64,000 nucleotides of DNA, taken from Neoechinorhynchus agilis (taxonomy: Eukaryota > Animalia > Acanthocephala). Of this stretch, positions 37,700 to 48,550 are shown in pieces. The stretch is taken from positions 7,324,691 through 7,388,690 of the forward strand of contig CM121342.1 of NCBI GenBank assembly GCA_051530055.1. The letters are read 5' to 3'. The position numbers and the translations under genes are program-made. The notes below the pieces were generated by a model. It was not told the origin of the DNA and searched no databases. It worked only from the letters and a program-made list of their open reading frames with translations. The number at the start of each line of letters is the position of its first letter. Position 1 is the first letter of the stretch.

Positions 37700-38560
37700 T
37701 TAGAAGTCATCACTTGGCCCTCAGAGCACAATAATAATACGTTTATTTGTGAGTTAACAAAGAAAAGGACCCATGTATCTTTGGGAGGTTGTGAGGTTGG
37801 GTCTTTCGTCCGGTTGATGATAATTTAAATGCTGATGGCCAAACAGATCTTGAACGTTGTTTCGTTTTTGTGGTAGAATTGTTTTTGGCCCGTTAGTTGA
37901 TGTTGATTTATTTGATTTTGGTTGGTTAATTTGTTATGTTGTTGTTTTCCGTTCTTTCCTTCGAATCAATTCGCATTTGGAGGATTAAGCAGTGGGGAAG
38001 AAAGATCGGAAGTAGAGATTTGCGCGAGGAACTGAAGGATGGAAAATGTTGGGACCACGCGAGTGTTGTAAGTGTGAGTAAAAGGAGAAATGTGTGGTAG
38101 AAAAGTTTTTTCTAAGGTCACGAGTTCTGAGATGGAGCGCAGTTCTCTTGTTAAATGTATTAAGTTTTTAAAATAGTTTAGAAGAAAAATTGCAGAAGGT
38201 TGGATGTGAGCGTAGGTGAGCGTTGGTAGGATGACATGGACATATAAAAGTACTAAAGGTCTTTTTATGATAATCCACAGAATCGGAGGTCTAGACAGGA
38301 GCCGGTGAATGCGTAATGATCATCAGCATAAAAAGAAGTATTTTGAATAAAAGAGAAGAATGGGGGAGAGAACAGCCCCTTGGTGGACTTTGTTGATTGC
38401 TAAGGTGTTCGAGGCGATTTGAGTTTTTAGTTTCCTGATATAAACGAAGACATAGCGAGAAAACGCGATATAATTTAATGTTCTTTTCTAATTGTTGAAG
38501 TTTCCCTTCCATGACTGATAATTTTCCATACGCCATGGATCCGGGTACGCTCTCCACGGT
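37700..38560 (-). mobile_element. 3' remnant of a CR1/L2-like non-LTR element
   Basis: Minus-strand FYMSHVILPTLTYA and PRANLYFRSFFPTA C-terminal motifs, then an A/C-rich 3' UTR. Confidence 0.5.
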
Positions 38561-38639
38561 TATGATGAGTGTTTGTAAAGAAGTTGTTTATTTTTTACGT
38601 TTTTTGTTTGGTGATTGAGAAAATAGAGACTTCTTCAAG

Positions 38640-38920
38640 TCTAAAAGGTACGGTAGCTTTATTCTGAGTTTTAGCCTAGACTCCAATGTGTCGACGTTGT
38701 CAAAATCAATCTCATGATTCGATGTCGAGTGACACACCACTGCAGAGCATTGCGATGCTCACCAATTCTGCGTCGTGGATTGTTCCCTTTGGAGATGGAG
38801 TTAACTAATGGATTAACAATACTGGACAATTTCTTGCCACCTTTTTGATCTATTGACCGAACTCTGGACTCGTTTTTTAAATCCGAGTTCCATTGATCAT
38901 TTAGAATTTCCAAGCGAAAC
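38640..38920 (-). mobile_element. PLE GIY-YIG remnant
   Basis: RRRIGEHRNA and HEIDFDNVDTLE residues. Confidence 0.6.
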
Positions 38921-39569
38921 TTCGTTCTTCAAACTATTTTGCTCCTTGTCACCATTCCTCCCCCAATTGATTTAATTGATGCCGTAGGAGATTCTGATCA
39001 GAGCAATATCGAATCCTTCTGGATCAGTGAATTTTCATCCTCCCTGCAACGAGGTATTTCAATCGGCAATCGTGAACCTTCTCTACGGACCGATTAAAAA
39101 ACCATTCACCGATTTTTGTACAACCTCGTCCTATTCCTCCACATAAAATCAACGTCGATGACGTCATTTCGTACACGGAAGAATCGTTGTCGCGCGATTC
39201 CTCAAAACATGGACTATTACGTCACTTTATACACGGAAGAATCGGATAATTGACGTATGATTACGTGTTCAGGATGTATTGTTTCGCCGTCTTTACCAAC
39301 GTGGCGTACTTTTTGTAATCGATGGTTCTTCGCACGCATTATCGATAGATTTTTTTCGATTTTAATCTTCACTATATTTGCTTTTTATTAAAAAAAATGA
39401 TATGAAGGTTTCGAAGAACGTCTCAGTGTTTTCAAAATAGAAAGATTTTCCCTTCATCCAAGAGTTTATTAAAAAAACGTTCTACGAACCTCGTCGGATG
39501 CACCATCATCCGATTTTCGGACTACAACAACATTTCTTTGAACTTTTCTCTCACTTGAGAGGTCGTTCG

Positions 39570-39725
39570 GTTTTCGTCTTTGTTCTCCTTTCCCAGCGTC
39601 GTGAAATCTCCTCTTCCCTCCATCTTCTCGTTTTCCCGGGAGGGTCGACGCCAGGAATGGCATCCAGCCGTAAAACCTTGAGCCAAAACACCTTAGCAAT
39701 GTCAAGTCTAATGCCTCCGATCGAT
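39570..39725. mobile_element. RTE remnant: antisense 3' piece joined to sense 5' UTR piece
   Basis: 39570-39640 matches ~16585-16680 in the same orientation; 39640-39720 matches the reverse complement of ~19020-19100. Confidence 0.7.
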
Positions 39726-39893
39726 CGGACTACGTTTTTTTTCAGTACCGCCGGGTTAAGACTTCTAAAACAATAATTTTGCCACAATTTCCGCGGTATT
39801 TCCCGTTGGATTTCTTGTAGGTTTTGAAATATGTGAGATATCAATAGAGAACTGAAGACTTTTGAACATCGTTAAATTCTATTCTCTTTGAAG

Positions 39894-40777
39894 ATGTCTA
39901 GTGAAGATGAACGTCAGTCTCAAAGCAATGAACCAGTTGAAAGTAGTGACAACATTGACAAATCCGCCGCTCCACACAAACTACCCACTTACATACACCG
40001 AATAGTCACTTATCTCCAGGACGAATTTCTCGGAGGTCGTCATAAACAATACAGTTATAAAAGTCTTATAAAAGCATGTAAATTGGTGGATTTGGATCCA
40101 AGTGAGCTTTCTTACCTCAAAAACGTTGCGCTTGCTTCGAATCCGCTGATTAATGTTGAAGTTAAAGAGAGTCTTAAAGGAGGTCATCGTCGGTATTTCT
40201 CATATAAGCCACCGTATGATATAACAAGCAAAACGAGTCTACTTCGTATTTTGAAGCAACGTTTTTACTATGGACAAGGAGCTTTGGCTGTAGAGGATTT
40301 GGAAAAGTCGGTTCCCAATGCTTTGGATCTTATTAAAGGTCTAGGCAAGCTTGTTTTAATCACTGCTCGGAGTGGCGATAAGAAACACTTTTTGTTCTAT
40401 AACGATCCGGACGTGATGTACGACGAAGACATGAGTCCTGAGTTGTTAGAACGATTACGAAACGTATACCAGAGCATCCGTTTGGATTCATACGACGACC
40501 GACGAATCAATAAGTTTCTGATGGAGAACAAAATTCATCGAGATGGTGTAGATTTGCCTCAAAAAACCGATGAAGAACTCTTAGCTAGCAAAAAGAAGAA
40601 GGTTCGTTTTTTGTCGAAATCTTTAATTTAAAATAATTTTAATAGGAAAAACGAAAAAGATCCAGTGGATCTAGGCAACGTATATTCAACACTCATGTCG
40701 CTCATTTGTTAGAGGATTATAAGAACGGTGTGCCAGTTAAACGCGCAAAGACGGACGAAAAACGTCGTCATAAATAG
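39894..40777 (+). CDS. GTF2E2: Transcription initiation factor TFIIE beta subunit; exons 39894-40601 and 40646-40777
   Basis: L.SNPLI, FSYKPPYDI.SK.SLL..LK, HFLFYND and NTHVAHLLEDY motifs; 44-nt GT-AG phase-0 intron. Confidence 0.9.
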
Positions 40778-40894
40778 AGAATTTTTATAAATGTAGAATG
40801 TAAAATTTAGAGGTTTATGGGCGAGGGGAGGGGAGAAATGTGTGAATTTTATAAAAATATTTCGAAAATATCATTGTTCTCGGTGCGAATTTGA

Positions 40895-41810
40895 TTGTAC
40901 GTTGGCGAATCCTGTCCCGGTGCTATAGATACTCATTTATTTGAGAAATATTTCACAAGGTTTTCATCGCCTTTTCAGTCTCTATTGTTTGACTGAAGAG
41001 GCAAGGAAAACCTTGCTAAATATCTCGATTTGAGGGGTTTCGAATGTAGTTGGGATTGCGAGACACGATGAAGATGGTGATGACTGCCGAATGACTGAGA
41101 CAATTCCGAGTTCTCGTCGTGGATGTCGAAATCAGCGGATTTTGGAAACGTACAACCCCAGAATACACAGCAGGTCACGTTTGGATGCAGCTCAGATCCG
41201 CGGATTTGCTAATACCCGAAGTGTTGGGGAGTGGAATGTTGGTAAATAAGGACGTTACGTCGGCCGTGAAGAATTAGCACTGTTCATACTTTTCCAGTCG
41301 CATTCGGGCTATGTATTAAGGGGTGCATTGATTCTACGGGCCAAACGATGATTGAAGGCATTGTAACTGGCTATTATTGGTCGGTATTGTATAGTTCGTT
41401 TGTGTATCTTTGGGGAAAGATACAAGATGGAAGCCCTGGCTGTATAAGACCTCGTCTGTTGATGAAAGTGCTCACTGATCGAATTATTTTTCTGTAGAGA
41501 CCTCAAGAATGCATTTAGTTGTGTCTCCCGTTTTTCTGTTGGATTGGAACTGAGTTTGACGAACTTGCCAGAGTCCAACAGACTGTGGGCCGCATCGGTA
41601 TACTCTTCAGTATCTACTGCAACTAGTTCGCGTCCCTACTCTTCAGTATCTACGGCAACTAGTTCGCGCCCCTTGTCAGATGCTGTGCGTGCTGTTTATG
41701 TCATCTCCATTTTAGATAGAGTCTGAAGAGGCAAGGAAAACCTTGCGAAATATTTCTCAAATAAATGAGTAACGACAACACCGGGGACAGGATTCGCCAA
41801 CGTACAATTT
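40895..41810 (-). mobile_element. Internally deleted PLE with inverted terminal pLTRs and three HHR-like copies
   Basis: Minus-strand LYLSPKIHK..RPII and FFTADVTSLFTNIP RT motifs; ~100-bp inverted ends; CTGAAGA-G-GCAAGG-AAAA-CCTTGC-GAA-ATAT at 41723, a G12T variant at 40993 and a decayed minus copy at ~40940-40985. Confidence 0.8.
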
Positions 41811-42092
41811 CCAAAATAGTATTGCAAGCTGCACACAACTTGAATCCTTTGTGGCTCAAAGCCCAATAAAAAGTTTTATATGAAATCGGGACGTTGTTCT
41901 GAAAGTAAAAAACGACGCTTCGAATAACTCTGTGAATTCCGCTGTGTCACTTTTAAGAGCTTCTTGTTTAAGATATTCTGCGTGATGTTGCAGAGTATCT
42001 TGGTGTGGAAGTGCTTAAATCGGGCGTGACCTTTTATTTTATAAATCCGACAAAGGACGACAAAGCTTTCGATTTTCTTAACTCAGACAAAT

Positions 42093-42620
42093 TTGAACCC
42101 CGAATCATCATGGGCTATGAGTGCGGTTCTCCATTTCCTTCCGAAGATTCATGAGTACGTCCTTGGATACCGTCGTCCAATTATGGGCAGTTATATGTTC
42201 CGCTTATCTAAAAAGATCAATGCGTTATTAAGATCAATCTTACCAATCTCCGCTTCGCACATTCAGAATAACCCCATGTTTACGATCAAGAAACTAAACG
42301 CCATATGCAATACAGAACGTTTCTCTGGGACTTGGGGTGCCCGTTGCGTATCAAGCCATGAGCCATCGGGACAAACCTATCTTAAATGCGTCCAACCTCC
42401 TAGAGCTGAGCAATCTTCGCTGACTCGATGGCCGTAGATCTCGAATCCAGAGAAGAAACCGCCTTAGAGGTTCGCAAAAGCACAAAAAACAGAGGTATAA
42501 ATAACATGGTCAAAGAATTGTCTAAGAGATTGAAACGAATCACTTGCGATTTGAGATCAGGAGCATTCCTCCTACAAAACAAAAGTCTGCTCTGAAAACG
42601 AGAAGGAATGCTTCATCTCT
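42093..42620 (+). mobile_element. Mosaic: PLE RT fragment followed by a CRE 3' fragment
   Basis: LHFLPKIHE..RPIMGS..RLSK (PLE); ELSKRLKRITCDLRSGAFLLQ (CRE), matching the reverse complement of ~48080-48150. Confidence 0.6.
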
Positions 42621-43499
42621 TCCATCCGACCATTACACCAAGAAAGCACCGGAGTGATCCAGACAAATGCCGTAAAAATGTTTTTCGAACTCTTCGGTTT
42701 TAAGAATTAAATCGTTAATAATAACTTTAGAAAGATCCTCTTTTTACACAGTCGTGCAAAATGTTATTCGATGCTATGAGAGACATTGAGAATTACACAA
42801 ATTGAAGATTTCTTTAGTTTAAATTCATTTAACCATAAATAGTTAAATAAAAGAAAATTGGTATCTATCTCTATGTGTGACCTTTTTCTACGGCTGATAA
42901 TTTTATTGCTTGGGCACAAACTTGTTCAGGGAAGCGGATAAAATCGTTCTTAATACCCTACCTCCTCAAAAAGTAAGCGGGAAAACGACTTTATAAATAT
43001 TCGAATAAAATTGCAATAAATTCATGTTAAAAACATCCGATTTGATCACCTGTCGGAAAGTTCCGTATCATCGAGAGGAGGTATCTGAGGATCCGGATTT
43101 ATCCTAGTACAAAACTCATAATCGCGTCGCACGGTTCAGCGGGGTATTAAGAATGATTTTACCCGCTTTCCTGACCAATAAGTCGGTTGGCGGTGTGACT
43201 AAGGGGAAAAATTATCACCCATAGAAAAATGCCACACGTAGATACTGAAAAGTTACCGGCTGGCCATACTTCAAAAATAAAAGAAAATTATTCATCATTA
43301 GAATGAATATTTTTGAGGTCCAATATCAAACTTGTGGTCACAAAGAATTTGTAATTTCTCACGCATTTTTCTCTCTTTCTCGAGGTTCCCTCGACAACCA
43401 ATTTATTTTGTTTGATGCAATCTAACCATCGTTTCCTCGGCGATTTCCCGTTATTTCCAGGCACTTCGAAACTTTATTGATGATTTAACACAAGCTCCG

Positions 43500-43658
43500 A
43501 TCGAAGAACTTGCGCGTCGCATATAAGGGACGCCCTAGTCCTTTGGTTTCTTCGGTACTTGGTTGTCATTTGGATCAAAATTTGGCATATTCTTACAGCC
43601 GGAGACGCCAACCCTCCTCCTTTTTCAGCCGGGCTTGGGACCGTCATCGGCGGAGTTA
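43500..43658 (-). mobile_element. Solo RTE 5' UTR remnant beginning with a twister ribozyme (43607-43658)
   Basis: Minus strand reads TAA-CTCC-GCC-GAT-GACGG-TCCCAAG-CCCGG-CTGAAAAA-GGAG-GAGGG-TTGGCGTC. Confidence 0.75.
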
Positions 43659-44064
43659 CATAAAGAATTTCGAACAGATGATCAAATCCGAATATTTATA
43701 TAGTCGTTTATCTTTGTTCGAAAAAAACCTTTAATGAAAGGTTGAATGTAAAACGGAATTCTAGTAGAACCACTTGCAGAATTCCAGGTGAACGACGATG
43801 AATACGCTGAAAAGTCAAATGCGATTTGTTACCTCTTATTTACGAAGTTGAAAATATTTTAAAATAACCAAATTTTTTGCGACATACCTTTTTTAAAGCG
43901 CCTTTTCACATCCTCTCTTTTTTCTCTCTATAAATGTTCCCTTGAAATATAATTGTTCCATACGATGCGCTACTTTGGCGTTAAAATTAGTAAGTACTTA
44001 TTGGTTTTATCTGTCTCGGAATCGTTTAAACAAATGACCTTCTTTAATTTGTCTTGTTTTATGT

Positions 44065-46620
44065 TTACAATGTTGCGAAATTTCCTTTAATGGCACATCT
44101 TTGATTACCATCTCCCGAAATCCATATAAGTAATTGAGAAAAATTCGCTGTTGGACCCGTAAAGCAATTTTTCGGCAATAGATTCTCACCGTCCAAGAAC
44201 TCCGGTCCAACGCAACTATACTCTTCGACGACGTAACATTGTTGAGCGTTTTGGTGAATCTTTAAATTTACACCCCATTTAATCGCTCTTAGGATGGTCA
44301 CTTTTTTCCGATTCGGCGATTCCTCCATCTTTACGAGCCATGTCACGAAATTCTGTTCCCTGTGAATTTCAGTCAACCTCGCACTCACTCGTTCATGATG
44401 ATGAGGAGGAGACAATGAAACCTTCGAGCTCAAAGAGTCTTCCATTGTGACTTTACACACTGTAGAGTAAGTTGTTGGACCTTTGAGCACCCGCAATTCG
44501 TCTGCTGTTCCATACCAAGGGAAACATTTTCCATCGGAGTCTGATATCATCTCATACCTTTTATTGAGAAGGTCCGGCAGTATCCAGGAGGTTCTAAATT
44601 AACACTGACGACGAATATTGTCCGCATAATGTACGAAACGTATTAAAGTGGCATTTAAACGAATTTCTTTGGATGACTTTGAGAAGTAGACATAAGCTTA
44701 CGGAAACAATAATTATTCGCTAGGTCTTCATTTGGTGTAAAGAGTTTATTAAAAGACACTTCTGCGAAAATCGCAGGGTTCATAATTAAAAAACTGATGA
44801 TCATGAACCCGACGGGGCTCGTAGAGCGTTTTTTAATAAATTCTTTTACCGAGTGACCGGTACTTTCCTCACATATTGAAATAAAATCGGAGCAGAATTA
44901 TTCACTAGATCTTCACTCGGTAAAGAGTTTATTAAAAAACCTTCTGCGAAAATCTTCGGGTTCATAGTAACTAAAAAACTGATGATGAATCCGACGAGGT
45001 TCGCAGAACGTTTTTTAAAACTCTTTTTAGTTAGTGACCGGTACCTTCCTCACACATCGAAATAAAATCGGAGAAGAATTATTCGCTAGGTCTTCATTTG
45101 GTGTAAAGAATTTATTAAAAACCTTTCTGTGAAAATCGTCGGATTCATAACTAAAAAGCTGATGATGAATCCGACGAGGCTCGTAGAGCGTTTTTGATAA
45201 ATTCTTTTACCGAGTGACCGACACCTTCCTCACATATTGAAATAAAATCGGAGCAGAATTATTCACTAGATCTTCACTCGGTAAAGAGTTTATTAAAAAA
45301 CCTTCTGCGAAAATCTTCGGGTTCATAGTAACTAAAAAACTGATGATGAATCCGACGAGGTTCGCAGAACGTTTTTTAAAACTCTTTTTAGTTAGTGACC
45401 GGTACCTTCCTCACACATCGAAATAAAATCGGAGAAGAATTATTCGCTAGGTCTTCATTTGGTGTAAAGAATTTATTAAAAACCTTTCTGTGAAAATCGT
45501 CGGATTCATAACTAAAAAGCTGATGATGAATCCGACGAGGCTCGTAGAGCGTTTTTGATAAATTCTTTTTTACCGAGTGACCGACACCTTCCTCACATAT
45601 TGAAATAAAATCGGAGCAGAATTATTCACTAGATCTTCACTCGGTAAAGAGTTTATTAAAAAACCTTCTGCGAAAATCTTCGGGTTCATAGTAACTAAAA
45701 AACTGATGATGAATCTGACGAGGTTCGCAGAACGTTTTTTAAAACTCTTTTTAGTTAGTGACCGGTACCTTCCTCACACATCGAAATAAAATCGGAGAAG
45801 AATTATTCGCTAGGTCTTCATTTGGTGTAAAGAATTTATTAAAAACCTTTCTGTGAAAATCGTCGGATTCATAACTAAAAAGCTGATGATGAATCCGACG
45901 AGGCTCCCAGAACGTTTTTTTAATAAATTCTTTTTTTAGTGAGTGATCGGTACTTTCCTCACACATCGAAATAAAATCGGAGAATTATTCACTAAATCTT
46001 CACCCGGTAAAGAATTTATTAAAAAACCCTTATGTGAAAATCGTCGGGTTCATAATAACTAAAAAACTGATGAGGTTAACCGCATGTTTTTTTTCTTCTA
46101 TCAATAGAGTTTTCGTTCATGTATAAATATGTAAACATTTAAAGAAAGTCTGAAAAGGGTATTGAAATCATTGATTTACGTAGAATAAACTTAGCAAAGG
46201 ATAATCGACTCTAAGATTCCAAATTGGTAGAGTGTTCAATGGGAAATACATTATTGTCTAAGAATAGTCTAAAAACTGCTAACAACCAATGGTTTCGAGG
46301 TGATTTTTTCGGTCATTTTCTTAAAAATTCAAAATCGCAACTTACAAGCCATAATTTCCGTATTTATTGAATATATTCATCTTTGAGCAAGCTTGTACCC
46401 ATCCAATACTGCATGTTTCTTTGTCTTTTAAAGGCGGAACGAGTACCGTTGAACGCGCCCTAAACTTCTTTATTATAAAGAAATTCGAGCGTTAAAATCA
46501 GTCTGATACCGAAACGGCGGAAGCCTGTATTCCAAAACATTGTGATGATCGATGCTAATATAAACATTGTTCTTGCCCACCGGTGCATCGATACAAGTCC
46601 ATGATCCTTGTTGCTTTTGG
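44065..46620 (-). CDS. FAM78: FAM78-family protein, at least 3 exons; 5' end not defined
   Basis: VLEYRLPPFR / ARSTVLVPP..ETCSIGWVQAC..N.YG / SWILPDL..ISDSDG..PWYG, REQNFVTWLV and PTAN..QLLIW motifs; GT-AG junctions fit. Confidence 0.85.
44690..46085. repeat. Intronic satellite: ~8 palindromic ~181-bp monomers in an alternating A/B (~361-bp) higher-order repeat
   Basis: CTGATGA recurs at ~44794, 44979, 45159, 45339, 45520, 45702, 45884 and 46067; each monomer has ~60-bp imperfect inverted arms. Confidence 0.9.
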
Positions 46621-47109
46621 GAATTAATTAAATTGTCAATCGCGTGACTCGACGTTGAGATCATTAAGTTCCCGCAGTCCAACGTTCAGTCGGGCACTGT
46701 TCAAGCCGTATTCGTTCATGGACTCAAATGATATGTAAACACACAAACACTTACCCAGGTCCGAATAGCGAGTAAGATCGGTTGCGTAGAAATGTCTTCA
46801 CGAGTTCTTTAGAATAAAAATTTCTCTGACAGTCACTTGAATTCTATTTGAATTGTTCCTCCTTTTTTCTGATGAAACCAAAGAAAGCATTCACCATGGA
46901 AAAAATGAGTAGTTGACTATTGAGCAAAAACGTTCGAGATGATTGTTGCTCCCCCGCCCATTTGTCATCATGTCTCATTTGTTCTAAAGAGAATTACCAT
47001 GAAGAATTAACCTCGATCTCGAGTATCTTTTCATAAAGATCAAATTTCAAAAAGATAAAAGCATCGGCCTTCTTTTTCTAGGTGAATAGACGACAAGAAA
47101 ATTTGTTAG

Positions 47110-47815
47110 TTTTAAACTTTTCTGTAAACTTTTTAAAAGTTTGGCGAAGAAAACTGTTTTAATCAGAGAAATGCTGAAGTTGTGAATAGACGAAAAGGAA
47201 ATTTGCAAGTTTTAAACAGTTTTCTGAGAAGTTTTAAAAGCATCGAGGAGAAAAATGTCCAAAGAAATGCTGAAGTTGTGAATAGACGAAAAGGAAATTT
47301 GCAAGTTTTAAACAGTTTTCTGAGAAGTTTTAAAAGTTTGGCGAAGAAAACTGTTTTAATCAGAGAAATGGTGAAGTTGTGAATAGACGAAAAGGAAATT
47401 CGTTAGTTTGAAAAAGTTTTCTGAGAAGTTTTAAAAGTTTGGCGAAGAAAACTGTTTGAATCAGAGAAATGCTGAAGTTGTGAATAGACGAAAAGGAAAT
47501 TTGCAAGTTTGAAAAAGTTTTCTGAGAAGTTTTAAAGGCTTCGAGGAGAAAAAATGTCCAAAGAAATGTCGAAGTTGTGGATAGACGAAAAGGAAATTTG
47601 CAAGTTTTAAACAGTTTTCTGAGAAGTTTTAAAGGCTTCAAGGAGAAAAATGTCCAAAGAAATGTTGAAGTTGTGGATAGACGAAAAGAAAATTTGCAAG
47701 TTTGAAAAAGTGTAATCAGGAGAAGTTTTAAAAGTTCGGTGAAGAAAACTGCAGTAGAGAAATGTTGAAGTTGTGAGTAGTCGAAAGGAAAATTTGTTAG
47801 TTTGAAAAAGAAATC
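47110..47815. repeat. Minisatellite, ~105-120-bp units
   Basis: GAAGTTGTG(A/G)ATAGACGAAAAGGAAATTTGCAAG repeated about six times. Confidence 0.9.
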
Positions 47816-48064
47816 CATTATTTTTCCTTAAAATTGTGTTTCAGACTTTTATTAGTTTTGAAACCCTATTAAAAATTAATCCATCAATTAGAATAAGCTT
47901 AAACCTTCAAAAGAAACAAAGAAGCAAAACGTCTTGGTGAGGCCACGGAATTGTTTGTATCATTTAAATTTTCAGCCCAAAGGTAAATTGAAATAGATTT
48001 TAAAAATGAGTCCACCCAGAGTGTCAAAAAATTGAACGATCGAAAACACAGATTCAAAAGTTCT

Positions 48065-48245
48065 CGACCCGGTTGGAGGGTAGACTTTTGTTTTGTAGGA
48101 GGAATGCTCCTGATCTCGGATCGCCAGTGATTCGTCTCAATCTCTTGGACAATTGATTGACCAGATCCTGTGCCGTGGTACCAAACGACCCGAGTGTCTC
48201 GACGCCAAAGGGAACGGAATAATGATTTCTACTCAGGTCGTCGTG
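48065..48245 (-). mobile_element. CRE-clade 3' fragment
   Basis: Minus-strand VPFGVETLGSFG...LSKRLRRITGDPRSGAFLLQ. Confidence 0.75.
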
Positions 48246-48550
48246 TAACTTTTAAGCGTTAAAAAACGCCGGATACTATTTTTTGAGCAGTTTAGGAAAA
48301 CAAACAAAAACCATTAGCAAAGTACCGAAATCACAATTGATCACTTAAAAAGGGACCAAAGATGTAGACGCAAAATACGATTAATAGTATATAATTCAAA
48401 ATGTGAAGTATCGAGGTAATTGATTAAAGTTGTTGTTTTTTGTCTCTGCGTGCGGTAATTGACCTGAAAAACAAACAACTGATGAATAAAGGTACAAAGT
48501 TTAAGAGTTTGCAACAGTAACATCCTTTACCACATATCGTGCTTCCATGA

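Noticed and set aside
44690-46085. CRISPR-like array
   Set aside because: No unique spacers, monomers of ~181 bp, inside a spliceosomal intron, no cas genes.
47110-47818. ORFs 47182-47382 and 47360-47818, and a CTGAAG...GAAA hammerhead-like pattern
   Set aside because: The ORFs are minisatellite artefacts; core A9 and stem II are missing.
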